37,092 bases of DNA, taken from Octopus bimaculoides (taxonomy: Eukaryota). This document shows positions 22,251 through 34,967 of the stretch, piece by piece (the first letter of the stretch is position 1; each line of letters begins with the position of its first letter). The stretch lies in NCBI RefSeq assembly GCF_001194135.2, contig NC_068994.1, positions 18,625,806 to 18,662,897 of the forward strand. The letters are read 5' to 3'. A model generated the notes under the pieces. It saw only the letters and a list, made by a program, of their open reading frames with translations. It made no database searches and had not been told where the DNA came from. A program made the translations under genes and the position numbers.

Positions 22251-22368
22251 GGCTGTGTAGTTAGAAGTTTGCTTCCTAACCACATGGTCCTGGGTTCGGT
22301 CCCACAGTGTGGTGCTTTGATAAACCATCTTTCTTCTACAATAGCCTCAAGCCAACCAAAGCCTTGTC
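22251..22368 (+). mobile_element. SINE family 1, 5' part
   Basis: GTAGGTGTGGCTGTGTAGTTAG (A box) and GGGTTCGGTCCC (B box). Confidence 0.8.
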
Positions 22369-22468
22369 ATCTATATAGCCATACATTTTTCATATATTTT
22401 TCTTTTATCTTTTACTAATTTCAGACTGCGGTCATGCTGGGGCACTGCCTTGAACTTTTTTCCATTAA

Positions 22469-23075
22469 CCCTTTTGTATTTAAAGCAGCCAGATCCAGCC
22501 AGCTTCTCACACTTTCCCTACAGTTATCATTCTAAAAATAAACAATCACATCACTGAAATCTCAAAGCTATGAGATAATACATGATTAACCCTTTAAACC
22601 AACCACATCCATCTTAAATATTCCGCATCTTTTATGTTCAAACTACCCATATCCAGCATCTCATGCTTACTCTACAATGTCATAGTAAAAAAAAAAAAGC
22701 TATTACATCACTGAAATCTTGAAACCACAAGATAATGCATTATTAATTCAAGACAATGTGAATAAATGAGCATTGCATTTGACAAGGTAATCAGAATGCC
22801 AAAGGGTTAATTCAAAACCATGTGAATAAAAAAGCACTGCATGTGACAGGCTAATTTAACCCTTTAGCATTCAAATTATTCTGTCAAATGTATGCATTCA
22901 CACCATTTTAAATTAATCATACATTACTTTATGGCTTTGAGATTTCAATGATGTGATTGTTTATTTTGAAAATGACACTGTAAGGTAGCTATGAAAGACC
23001 ATATCTGACTAGTTTGAAGATAAATCAGGGCCAGATATAGCCAGTTAAAACAATAAAGGGTTAAATGCTAAGGGG
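22469..23075. mobile_element. TTAA-MITE family A containing two family A copies (22590-22806 and 22860-23060)
   Basis: TTAA at 22465, 22586, 22807, 22856, 23061 and 23076. Removing both inner copies gives one continuous family A element. Confidence 0.85.
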
Positions 23076-23479
23076 TTAAACTGGTGAAAATTTGCTCCCT
23101 CTCATTACATACAATATTTGCTCCCTCTCATTGTCATGGTTATCTTTTGCTGGCAAATTATAAATGCAAATACTTAAGTCTTGTCCCACCTCTGTATTAA
23201 ACTTGTGTAATGCTTTGCTAGGGCTAAATGCACTCTTCAAAGACTATTTCAGCAACTTCAGGCCTCTGCCAATCAATATTACTAAAATAATAGTTTTCTA
23301 CTATAGTTCTGGGATGACCAAAGCCTTGTGAATGGATCTGGTAGGAGGAAGCTGAAAGAAACCCATTTTAGACTGCCTTCATAATATCGTGTTAGCATAT
23401 ATTTTTGGATATGTTAATTTGACTGTTGTTTTATACCTTTTTCTGTACCTAAATATGCTGGCACAATAGAAATGATTGT

Positions 23480-23850
23480 TGGTATTGTACAGTATAACTA
23501 ACAATTAAAGATGGGATTTTCCCCTTTCTTATTCTTGTCTTATGCTCTAAAGTTCTTGAAATTCTTTTAAGTGATATTTGGAGTTACTTGTCATTCATGA
23601 AGAATTAATTTGGATGTTAATTTTCCTCGCATTTATTGGTATCTGATTGTTGGGTATAATTAACCAAGTTTATTTAACACTGAGTGCTTTATAGATTTCT
23701 GACAGGATTTATTAATCCCTTTCACTTCTTATATATTCTAAATCTCTCAAAGAGAGATATTCAGTAACAGTTCTTTAAAGTAAAGACTATTTGCCAACAT
23801 AAAGTGGCTGTCCTGAAGGGGACGCTTGTTACTGTTTGTTTAGTCCCTGT
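23480..23850 (-). pseudogene. Possible Penelope-like GIY-YIG endonuclease remnant, very decayed
   Basis: Weak manual similarity only (PLYVGK..., K*TWLII, terminal H-K-N-K-like segment). Confidence 0.25.
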
Positions 23851-23973
23851 TCAAAAATATAAGAACACAGATATTGTGTCATATAGCCAGCTGGAAACAA
23901 TGTTTCCTGGGGCTAAACAACAGTAACAATCATCCCTTCCAGGACTGTCACATTATGTTGGCAAATAGTTTTT

Positions 23974-24009
<36 letters not shown>

Positions 24010-24626
24010 TTACACACACACACACACACACACACACATATCTATGCTTAGATGTGTTTGTGTTGCATTTGTTTGCCACTATTACTTGACAATGTTAGTT
24101 GACAGATTTTCAAAAGAGACTGAAAATAGATATCAGACTTTAAAAAAAAAAAAAGAAGTACTGGAGTTGATTTAAACCCTTCAAGTTGGTGCCACTGCAT
24201 GGTCGTAGTCCAATGATTGCAACAAGTAAATTAAAGATAAAAGATGGCACTGTATGTAATGAGTCAGTTGTGGTATTGACTTTAATATGAATTTCAGTCT
24301 TTAGACTTTTCTTCAATGAAATGTACAGGNNNNNNNNNNNNNNNNNNNNNNNNNNNNNGGGTTGTACTTTTTAGAAATCACATGACATTTTATTTTACTA
24401 TTATTGTGTGTCACAGGAGACAATGGATTGTCTGTGATAGAAATATTACATTTTTATTGTACTTTCATATTCATAGAAATTCTAAAAGTAATAAATATCA
24501 TTTTATTTGCATTTCTGTAAATTCAGATATATGAAGAATACAAAGAGGTAGCAATTCAAGAATTCCAACATGGATGAAAGCACTTGGTGTTGACTAATGA
24601 AGTCACAAAGGGAAAATGTAGGTTGT

Positions 24627-24985
24627 CAAATGGAAGAATAAACTGTCGATGTTTGAAATTCTAAAAGATGACTTTACAATGTGAAATCTAGTGCAAGCTC
24701 ATTTCAGGAACTGAAAATTGTTGTGGACAGTAATATCAGACACACAAAGATGCAACTTCAAATATAGATGTTATGAAGTTTGATGGCTTATGTGATAGGA
24801 ACATCAAATGAAAGAATAAGCTGTCGCTGTTCGAAATTCTAAAAGTTAATTTTACAATGCAAAAATCTAGGGCATATCTCATTTCAGGAACTGTAAACTG
24901 TTGTGGATAGTAATGCCAAACACTCAAAGATGCAAGTTCAAATATAGACGTTATGGAGTCTGATGATTAATTTGATAGAAACAAC
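24627..24985 (+). repeat. 178-bp tandem duplication (2 copies) inside the Helitron remnant
   Basis: CAAATG.AAGAATAA.CTGTCG at 24627 and 24805. CTCATTTCAGGAACTG and CAAAGATGCAA.TTCAAATATAGA also occur twice. Confidence 0.9.
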
Positions 24986-25276
24986 AATTTTTTTTAATGA
25001 ATTTGGAATCTGTTCTGCACCTCAAATTTAAAATTTGTGCATTTCAGTATTGTTGTTATGTGGAATCTCAGATCAATAAGAATTTTTTAAAAATCACAAA
25101 TTGTTTATGGCAGATCATCAACAGTAGCATCCTACAGATAATAAAAATGTTAGACAAGCATACTATCTCAGACTTTTTAAACTTTCTGCCTTCAAAATGG
25201 AACTTTCCTTCAGCAGCTCATCTTTGAGTTGTCTGCAGCAGATACATAAAGAAATGAAGTGCTTGCATGCACATGT

Positions 25277-25378
<102 letters not shown>

Positions 25379-25422
25379 CAAAACAACTGAGCCAAGTGTA
25401 ACAAATACTTTTGATACCTTAA

Positions 25423-25976
25423 CCCTTTAGCATTACTCTATCAAATGAAATGCTTACCTATTCATATTATTTTGAATTTAACCATGTGTGAAGGTGCATG
25501 GCTCAGTGGTAAGAGCATTGAGCTTACGATCATGAGGTTTTGAGTTTGATTCCTAGACAGGGCTGCGTGTTGTTTTCTTGAGCAAGACACTTTATTTCAC
25601 GTTGCTCCAGTTAACTCAGCTGTAGAAATGAGTTGTGATGTCACTGGTGCCAAGCTGTATCAGCCTTTACCTTTCCCTTGGATAACATTAGTGGCGTGGA
25701 GAGAGGAGGCTGGTATGCATGGATGACTGCTGGCCTTCTACAAACAACCTTGCCCAGACTTGTGCCTCGGAGGGTAACTTTCTAGGTGCAATCCCATGGT
25801 CATTCATGACCGAAGGGGGTCTCCTCCATCTCATAGCTTCAAGATTTTAATGACATGGTTGCTGATTTTTAGAATTACATTTTGGTGTAGTTATGAAAGG
25901 CCAGATCTGACTGAATTCAACACAAAACAGCAGAAAGAATATTTGGTCCAGATTTAGTTGGTTTAAATGCTAATGA
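25423..25976 (+). mobile_element. TTAA-MITE family A split by a SINE
   Basis: TTAA at 25419-25422 and 25977-25980. Starts CCCTTTAGCATT; the right end is degenerate (AAATGCTAATGA). Confidence 0.8.
25490..25823 (+). mobile_element. Full-length tRNA-derived SINE (family 3)
   Basis: A box TGGCTCAGTGG, B box GAGTTTGATTCC, post-tRNA CTTGAGCAAGACACTT, 3' end GACCGAAGGGGGTCTC. Confidence 0.85.
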
Positions 25977-27429
25977 TTAATGGATGCATACAGAGCAACA
26001 AGTTCATGTATTTTCTCTGTTGATTGTCCTGATCACTCCAGAAAGACACCATTTCAACAGAACACATATAGAGGATGTTTGTTGAAGCATGTCTAGATCA
26101 ACCTGTTCTCACAGTTACATTTACGGAACAATCTTAAGTTCTACAAAAGTGGTTCTTCAGTTCTTTCAACTTTCCATATGGCATTTTCCACTCAAAAGAT
26201 TTTGTTTAAAAAATTGATGACAACAGCAAACTGGTAAAAGGTAATTCAAAGGTGTCATAGAACACCACAAATAGTGAGGTGTATGTATGTATATGAAACT
26301 TGATTTATATTTTGTGGCCTTTATGACAGGAACATCATGGACTTTCTAAGCAATTTTTATTTACACTTCTTAGCTTATAGAATGTTTAGCAGAGCTGCTA
26401 CTGAGGACAAAGTTGTTCCATTCTTCATTTCAAGAGAGACTGGTGAAACTGAAGTTAATCATGAATATCCAACTACAGAACTAAAGGACTGTGACTGATT
26501 TATTTTCTGCTTTGTGTGAGGGGAGACAGCAACTATATTGGTTGCTAGACTGAGTTTTCAAATAGTGTTGGATGAATTTGAAATGATAAATCAAATTAAC
26601 TGTAGTACTTTAGATCTTTCAAGCTTCACAACTCCTAACAATGGTGTTGTAATTCTATAATGAAGAAATTGTTACTTACAAAAAGCTACTATACTCCTGC
26701 AATGATAAAGATTACCTTTACAATTATTCAATGAAGTTCCTTAAATAGCTGTAACTTTGATGGAGTGTTCCCCCCACCCTCACACTAATCTTGTAAAAGA
26801 GATGTGTTGTAATGCTGTTGTGAAGTTTAAATAAGTCTAATGGATTTTATAATGGAAGAATAATTCAAATAACCCATTTATATGAATGAAGATTGAAGGC
26901 AATATTGTTACTGAAGGTGAACATTATAGAAAACATCATTGTACCAAGAATTAACTAAGACATTCTGACACCATTCTATTATTTACACTAACACAATTAC
27001 AGCTTCCAGCTCAAAATGGCTATTGCAATAACAGTCAATAAATCATAATATCAGTCATTGAATAAAATATTTCTATTCATCCCAACTGATCCATCTCCTC
27101 ATGGACAAGTGTATTTAACTGTTAAGAACTACTCAGGGTGGTGCAGCAAGTATAATGACAATATCAAACAATGTCACCAACATTATGTACACTAAAGATG
27201 CCTAGTGTTATAAATTTTTGAACTTGTGTCATTTGGATACTTAATTAAAATAAATTTATATATACATGTTTTTGGTGATAGTTTAATGCTTATTCCATTT
27301 TGATTTTTTTTCTTTTAACCACCATCAATTATTATCATAAATAATAATCAAAACTACTGTAAAATAAAGTAAGATCTAGTATAGTTTGTTTAAACTTAAA
27401 AAAAATCTTGAAGGCATTTAGATGCACAG

Positions 27430-27685
27430 ATTAACTCTATCAGTCTCTTTTGCTGAAATGCTAAGTTACAGGGATGCAAACAAACCAACACTGGTTGTCA
27501 AGCAGAGGGTGTGTGAAAAAAACAGTCACAAAAACACATACAAACATGTGCATGTGTGACAGGTTTCTACACAGTTTCTGTCCACCAAATTGGTCTGGAT
27601 CTATAAGAAGATACTTGCCCAAGGTACCACACAGTAGGATTGAACCCAATACCATGTGGTCGCAAAGCAAGTTTCTTAACTACAA
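27430..27685 (-). mobile_element. SINE family 1, degenerate
   Basis: CTAAGTTACAGGG..CAAACCAACACTGGTTGTCAAG and GATACTTGCCCAAGGTACCAC..GAACCC..CCATGTGG. Confidence 0.75.
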
Positions 27686-28264
27686 AAGAGAATATATTTT
27701 ACATATAATTTGTTATTGAGACTAAAAGTTTAAGATGTCAAGTCATTCTTTGTAGGATCAGACTCAAAACTTGAAATACCAAATAACTGTATAGTTCAAC
27801 TAACACTCTACTTTCCTTAAACATATTTTGTAGATTGGTTAAATAAATAAATAAATTAATTAATTAATTAATAATAAACTAGTCATATCTTTTAATAAAA
27901 CTGATGTCTGTTTATATTTAAGAATGTTAGCTGTATTATCTTCATTTAGCAATTTAGCATATGGTATTTTGAGTCAATGGAGTGACCATGTGAATGGTCT
28001 GCTAAAAATAAAAATAATATCTCTCTCAAATCACATCCTTCTGTCTTAAGAAAAAAAAAGCACTGGATAATAAAATTTTAGACATATTGTGTCTGTCTGA
28101 AGCTGAAAATAAAATGTGATGGTCATGGAAAAAATGCCTTGAATACTGTTCTGTTCAATCAGGGCTGACCTGCAGATGCACAGAAATAACTCTTTAGTTG
28201 TTTGCTTTTATTGTAGAGACTTATACTGAAAGACCATCATTAGTTTCCTATAAATGAAGGCTTT

Positions 28265-28570
28265 GTTAGTGAGGGTGTCCAGCTCACAATTGTAAGGTCA
28301 TAGGTTCTATTCTTGGCAGCACGTGTCCTTGAGGTAAGACACTTTGTTTCACATAGCTCCAGTCCAGTCAGCTGGCAAAAATGAGGAGTACCTGTATTTC
28401 AAAGGGCCAACCTTGTCTCATTCTGTGTCAAATTGAATCTTCCTGAGAACTACATTAAGGGCAGCATGTCTGTGGAGTGCTCAGTCACATTCATGTTAAT
28501 TTCACAAGCAGGCTGTTCCATTGATTGGATCAACTGGAACCCTTGACATCATAAGCAACAGAGTGCCATT
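28265..28570 (+). mobile_element. Degenerate tRNA-derived SINE (family 3-like head, different body)
   Basis: GTCCTTGAGGTAAGACACTTTGTTTCAC..GCTCCAGTCCA.TCAGCTG resembles 25570-25625. Confidence 0.6.
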
Positions 28571-29767
28571 TTTGTTTTTTTTTAGACTCTTACAATCTGA
28601 AAAACTGAAGAAACTGGGATTTGTTTAAGCAAAATGCTGTCATGAAAAAAAACAAAAAAACCCCAGAAAATCTCAAGCACAGAAGCTGTCAGATTTCAAA
28701 GTATTTTATTGTGCTAACAATGCATAACAAAATACTTCAAAATAGTAAGTGGATATTGAATCCTCATTGAGTTTATTTTGTAGCTATTTGTAACTACTTC
28801 ACTTCAGTTATATAGTATGAATGCCATAATTCCAGTGCCACTTCTGAGATCATGAAATTACCATCATAAGAGTATAATATGCTTTGTAAAAAAACATTAA
28901 GAATGATCACACCTCGAAGTTCAGTAACTTACGTTTCAAGTCACATCCCAAACTGGGTTTCGTCTTTAAAGCCAGAAAACTCAACTTAAATTCAAAGTAC
29001 TTTTAACACCAAACAAAACTTACATTAAATGGTTGACACAGCTTATGTAATATATATATATATATTTATTTATGTCTTATGTATAAGACATAAACAAATT
29101 GTTTTTACTCCCTCAAGTTGAAGTGGGAAACAGAATTAACTGATGTTATTGCCAGGAAAGTGGCACAAATGAATCCAAAGGCAATATAAAGATAATAATA
29201 ATTTCTAACAGAAGCACATTTAGTGAGAGAGGGAATAGTCAGTTATTGTGTCCAGTATTTGACTGATACTTCATTTTATTGGCCCCCAAAGGATACAAGT
29301 CCAAGTCATAGCATTGATGAGGTTGGACATTAAACCTGCAGCTAAATCTCCAAGTTACTGTCATCTTAAAACAGGAAGGATTGCAAAACATGATAGGATG
29401 TACATGTGTAGGATATCTTCATGCTGACTCAGAGCTGTCCTGGGGTTAAACAACAACACATTCTTTTAATACATTTCATTTTTTTAATCATCAAAAACTG
29501 TTATTGCCCTATGAGTATTGAAAAACCATTATAGATGATAAAATTGATTTAAAAAGAAATTGTTTGTGATAAACAACTATCTGTACATGACAATAAGCTA
29601 ACAGATCTATTTTCTCACAAAATAGCACACATACACACCTATAATTAATTGTATTTTTTCTAATATAGAAACTATGATTGCATTATAATTTCAAAAGAAA
29701 TGATAGAGAGGGATGGTGTGGGTAGAAAGAGAAAGAGAGAGAGACAGAGAGAGGGAGAAAATATTTA

Positions 29768-29989
29768 CAGTAATCCTTCGACTATCACGACTGTTACATT
29801 CCAAAACCCTATGCATTAGGCGAAAACCCATGAAGTAGAAACAGTAATGTACTATATATATCTATTATTATTTTTATAATTTGTATATATTTATTTTATT
29901 ATAAATGCAAAACAACGCCACAGAAGAATCGATGTAAGCTTAAATAATAAACCAGGATAAGTGAACTGCAATATGGCAAGGGATTACTG
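29768..29989. mobile_element. Tigger/pogo-like MITE
   Basis: TA-CAGTAATCCTTCG...CAAGGGATTACTG-TA: inverted termini with a TA TSD. Confidence 0.75.
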
Positions 29990-30419
29990 TACTAAATTTA
30001 TCACTAAAGTCTAGGGTTAACACATTTCTCACCGTTTTGATACAAAGTACAAAAAGCTTCATTTAACAAAAGTGAACATTCTATAGTAAAATTCATATAA
30101 TTCCATTCTAAAAATGCAAAGACAGTTTGAAGACCCTGAAGCTTCATGGAAACTGCATTAATTGGGAGGAGATGAATGGCCTACAAATTTAACCTTTTTG
30201 TTAGCATCTGCTTTGGTTTCAATTTATTTTGAAAAATTTAGAAAATAACAGACATTATTAAACTGGTGTTTGGAACATAAATTAACATGAAATTTTGAAT
30301 ATCATTATTGAGTAAAGTGCCAGTTTAAAAAAATTTTTTTAGGGGTTGTCATTCAGCTCAACTACGGTAGAAAATAATATTTTTCTGTCATTTAAAATGT
30401 CTACATTGCTTATGTAGAT

Positions 30420-30730
30420 GCCTGTCTTCTACTCATTTCAGCCATTGGATTACATCCATGTTGTAGTGTGGTCTTGAAGGGTTCAGTGAAACAAATTGAC
30501 CCCAGTATTTATTTTTTTAAAGTCCAATACTTATTCGATTGGTCTCTTTAACTGAACTTCTAAGTTATGGCAATGTAAACAAACCAACACCAGTTGTCAA
30601 GCACTGGTGGGGGACAAACATGCACAAACACACATACAAAGTGAGCTTCTTTCAGTTTCCCTCTACCAAATCCACTCACAAGGCTTTGGTCAGCTCAAGA
30701 CTATAGTAGAACACTTAACCAAGATGCCAC
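30420..30730 (-). mobile_element. SINE family 1, degenerate
   Basis: CTTCTTTCAGTTTCC.TCTACCAAATCCACTCACAAGGCTTTGGTCAG and ACCAGTTGTCAAG. Confidence 0.75.
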
Positions 30731-30929
30731 ACTAATACTACTATTGCTAAGCACAATATAATGGTGGTATTTGTAAGTAGAATAAGAGTAGCCCAGAGTT
30801 ACATCCTTAAAAGGAGATTTTCATTAGTGTAACACAACTTTTTATACTTTCACAACAAATGTACAGTTATTCTTGATATTTACATATTGTTGCGTTTAAG
30901 GTGCCTTATATTTGAAAACAGAGTTCCCA

Positions 30930-31170
30930 GTTCAACTTGTCAGTTGATAATTCTGCATTCAGATTCTTTTAATTTTAAACTCTTTTACTGGTTTTGATGG
31001 TGTTAATGAAACGAGTCCTGATTGCACAAATCTACTGTTAAAAAGCTTTCCATCCACTTTTCTTATATGAGAGATTATGTTGTATTGTCTAAAGTATGTG
31101 GCATTAGTCAAGTTGACAGAGTTTGATTTGAGGGCACACTCAAGGAAAGTTAGCAATGAACTGTTTTATG
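30930..31170 (-). pseudogene. Possible RTE-type RT fragment
   Basis: HIRKVDGKLFNSR...KPVKEFKIK resembles the RTE (Y/F)RTDGKLFNLRR..KTKV segment. Short and weak. Confidence 0.3.
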
Positions 31171-32257
31171 TCAATGAATTGGCACTGCTATCACTAACAT
31201 TTCTCTCCCTCTTTATCACAGTATCTCTTTCTCTATCTCTTTCTGTTCCACTCTTCCTAGAGGAGAGAAAGACAGATTAAAGATAAACAAAAGGAGAAAG
31301 GAAAACTGAGTAGTTTATGTCACACAAATGTATTTTCTATTGTCTTTTACTTGTGCTCCCACTCTTTTCCAACTTTCAGTGTTTTTATTCTTTGCCAATA
31401 TCACTCCATTTCAACTTTCTGTCTTTTTCATATTTTTTGACAGTTAATTGTAGTTTGAGGGTAATTTGGCTGCTATTTCTTAAATGTTATTCAAACCTTA
31501 TATAACAAACAAACATTCCTTTTATCTTTCTTTGTCAAGTAATAAATAGCATTTTTCTTGAAAAGAAATCAAAAAAAAGAAAGGAGGCTTCTCTGCCAAC
31601 CATTTAATCTCTTATAAATTTAGCCAGCAAAATGTTAATATATCCAATAATCCTGAATAGAAACAAACTTATACTTCTCTGGATAAGGTGCCAATCCATT
31701 ACAGAGAATATCTCCAAGTGATCTGATACTAACCAACAAAAATGCTTGCAATGCATTAAGACTAAAGATTTATGATCTGTTAGTGCAATTCTGCATCCTG
31801 TTAGTTACAGCTGATAAACAAAATTAAAAAAAAAAGAAACCCTCCTCTTCATTTTTTTCAACTTTGGATATTGCAGGTGTTAATCGAAGATAACATTCCA
31901 AACAGGCAGTATAGTTAAACAAACTGCATGACAAATAACTGTAATGAAACTCCACATATGTACTATTATACCACAATCCTGCTTTTGAATTATACAAGTT
32001 CAGATTATACACATGTATGTTATACTGGTCAGCTGTATTCAGTCCTAAATTCAGGGATACATCAAAATCAAGTCTTCCAATTTGTCACTCAAACCAGAGA
32101 AGGGATTTGTATTTCATCACTCAGTGTTACAGGTATTGGCTGTTTAAGCATTTTGACTAAGATGTGGTGAACATGCCAAAATCATACCCTACTTCAAAAG
32201 TATTATTCCCAAACTTCAATCCACTACTCAGCAACTTTTTCACTCAACCATTTAAAT

Positions 32258-32583
32258 CAGTGATTCCCAATATGGGGCATACGCCCCCACCAGTGGGACC
32301 CAGAAAAATTGTGGTGAAGCAAGGGATCCAACATCCTTTTTTTTTCTTTAGTGAGACATCAAATTGTGAAAAACTCTAAAACTGATTCACTTCTTTTTTT
32401 AGTCAATAATGTACTTTTTTTGTACTCAGTACTTAATAAAAGAGTTAACAGTAGATTCTTTTGTATAAAATAATTATGATAGAATATTAAAAATAAAGTT
32501 GTTTTTTTCAATCACTGGAGGGGTGTGTGTTTTTCTGGAAAGTTATAGTGAGACCTGGGGGGAAATTAGGTTGGGAAACACTG
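32258..32583. mobile_element. hAT-Charlie-like MITE with 8-bp TSD
   Basis: TSD ATTTAAAT at 32250-32257 and 32584-32591. TIRs CAGTGATTCCCAA and TTGGGAAACACTG. Confidence 0.85.
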
Positions 32584-32834
32584 ATTTAAATCATAAAACT
32601 TCCCACAGAACTTCAGACTCCACTCTAAGAGAACCTACCGAGGCTATAGACAAATCTGTTTAAACTGTTGACTGGAGGGAAAGACCTCACAGAAACAGAA
32701 AACCTTTCTGGAAATAAAATGTAACTGCTATACAACAAAATAAATCTTAACCATGTTGACCTGTTTAATTTAGGTATGCTGAAAGCAAACTTTGATTATA
32801 TTTAAATGTGAATCCAACTTAAGCCAGATATATA

Positions 32835-33000
32835 TGTGCCATGTTAAAAGCACCCAGCACACACAGTAAAGTGCTTGGCGTTAGGAAAGACAACTAGCCA
32901 TAGAAACTAAACCAAATTAGACTGGAATCTGCTGCAGCTCTTTTGCTTGCCAGCTCTGGTCAAACAATCAAATCCATGCCACCATAGAAAATGGATGGTA
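32835..33000 (+). mobile_element. Old copy of the RTE-3'UTR-type repeat
   Basis: AAAAGCACCCA..TTGGCGTTAGGAA..TAGAAACT..CTGGTCAAAC..CCATGCCA.CAT.GAAA, collinear with 895-1055. Confidence 0.65.
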
Positions 33001-33429
33001 TCACAAAGTAGGTTTATAGAATATATGGTTGATTTGTTATTGGAAGAACTTGGCATTGTCATTTAAACACCCACTGGACCATGGCTTGGAATACCAGTAT
33101 AATAGTGAGAACAACCCAATCTCGGTTTTGTGCCATAAATCCTTGTTGGCCGAGTAAGTGTTGCTGTTGTATGATGATGATGGTGTGTGTGAATCTGTAT
33201 GAACTTCATTAGCTTACAGCTGTTTCAGATATACAAGCAAAGTTATACAATGTTATTCAGGCACTCAACTATCAGTCCACTACATCTTATAACAAACAGG
33301 TGTGTGTGTATGTGTATTTTCATTCAGGGTATATATTTAACAAAACGATCTCTAATAGTTAGATATTGTATGTTAAAGACATTCAATAGCCATATTATAG
33401 TAGTGCAAAGAATTTAACGGAGGAATTTT

Positions 33430-33880
33430 AAAGAGCCAATACAATGGATAAATACAAGCAGCAAAATTCCATACTTTCAAAACAATGTTCTCTAGTTATG
33501 ATCTTGAAGGATCTAATCATTGTCATCTTCCAACATTGTCAATTATACAGCAGTAAATGTAATCCAAGCTTCTTCTTGGTAATTGTATAATTCCTGCGAT
33601 CAGCTCAAACAGCAATAGCTATTGTAAATGACAGCAATGAATACATTGCCACTCCCTATTCATCTCAAGATATTCTGCTCTCCAATTACAAATTATTTTT
33701 TCACATGAAATGCAGATCTGTTCCCATTATCTTAACAATGTGAATGGTTTTGGTTGGTCCTGTTAAGTATGCGGATATTTTCTTATCAGAACCCCATTCA
33801 TCCAATGTCGGTATGAAATGTAGACAACATTGAAATATATCTTATGGTATAAATAAACAGTGTTCATGTGTTTAGAACTG
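33430..33880 (-). pseudogene. Possible APE-endonuclease remnant of a CR1/L2-type LINE
   Basis: Weak, stop-ridden similarity in the expected order: MGTDLHFM*KNNL, VFIAVIYN, LTMLEDDND*IL..KYGIL. Confidence 0.3.
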
Positions 33881-33938
33881 ATGATGGGAATATGTTTCTA
33901 TAAGTGAGAAATGAAGCAAAAGTACAAGCAAAGGAGTA

Positions 33939-33939
<1 letters not shown>

Positions 33940-33971
<32 letters not shown>

Positions 33972-33980
33972 TGCATATAC

Positions 33981-34013
<33 letters not shown>

Positions 34014-34082
34014 AAGAGATGGGGAGAGAAAGAGAGGGGGAGAGAAAGAGAGGGAGTGAGAAAGAGAGGGATAGAGAGAGTG

Positions 34083-34110
<28 letters not shown>
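33940..34110. repeat. Compound (TA)n-(GA)n-(GT)n microsatellite
   Basis: Direct reading. Confidence 0.95.
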
Positions 34111-34115
<5 letters not shown>

Positions 34116-34481
34116 TGTTTTTAATAGAAGTAAGCAGTTTGTTTAACAATTTACACAGAAAATATATTGGTGGATTCTGTTGGTCTCTAATGTGAGACTT
34201 CAGTTTTTCAATAACATTCTAGGAAGGGAGAGAGAGAGGGGAGAGAAAGAGAAAGAGACTGGTACTTTATCTATTGAGCCAAAAAGATAAAAAAGCAAAG
34301 TAGACTTTAGCAGGATTTGAGCTTAAAATATAGAGATCTGGAATGCCTATTTATGATTCTGCAAATTCACTGCCTTAATATGACCATTATATGAGAACTG
34401 GAACACACACACACACACACATCATCATCAGTAGTTTATATGTCTGAAAAGAGGCACACTCTAAAACTTCAGAGCAGTAAT

Positions 34482-34644
34482 ATATTTACAGGACATTGAT
34501 TGTTATGGTCAGTCAGAGAGTGACCATTGGTTCAGTACCTATAAATCTCTTAGCTGTATCGGCAATTCAACAGACACATACTTTATAGGCATGAAACCGA
34601 CGGTCACTCTCTGATTCGCCATGACAATCAATCTTCTATAAATG
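34482..34644. repeat. Long fold-back palindrome (MITE-like)
   Basis: ATTGATTGTTATGG.CA.TCAGAGAGTGACC..TGGTTCA.TACCTATAAA pairs with TTTATAGGCATGAAACCGACGGTCACTCTCTGATTCGCCATGACAATCAAT. Confidence 0.85.
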
Positions 34645-34665
34645 TGCGTGTGTGTACGTGTATAC

Positions 34666-34698
<33 letters not shown>

Positions 34699-34707
34699 CA
34701 CACACAC

Positions 34708-34967
34708 TCTTTTACTTGTTTCAGTGATTTGATTGTGGCCATGCTGGAGCACCGCCTTTAGTTGAAGAAATCGACCCCAGGACTTATTCTTTGTAAGCCT
34801 AGTACTTATTCTATTGGTTTCTTTTGCTGAACCGCTAAGTTACGGGGACATAAAAACACCAGCATCGGTTGTCAAGCGATGTTGGGGCACAAACACAGAC
34901 ACACAAACATATATATATATATACGACAGGCTTCTTTCAGTCTCCGTCTACCAAATCCACTCACAAG
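34708..34967 (-). mobile_element. Young-looking SINE family 1 copy, cut by an assembly gap
   Basis: Retains many CpGs (GCACCGCC, GAACCGCTAAGTTACGGGGAC, AGCATCGGTTGTCAAGCGATG). Confidence 0.9.

Noticed and set aside
25490-25565. tRNA genes at SINE heads (also 20965, 22251, 19350)
   Set aside because: A and B boxes are present, but there is no full cloverleaf and each continues into a SINE body.
26382-26498. Short ORF MFSRAATEDKVVPFF...
   Set aside because: It is an alternative frame of the Helitron helicase remnant.
29117-29190. Protein-like peptide LKWETELTDVIARKVAQMNPK
   Set aside because: It needs an AAG acceptor and a GC donor, and has no recognisable homology.
32064-32141. Possible 78-nt exon ending CAG-GTATTG
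   Set aside because: All three frames are open, the acceptor is moderate and no peptide is recognised, so it is uninformative.
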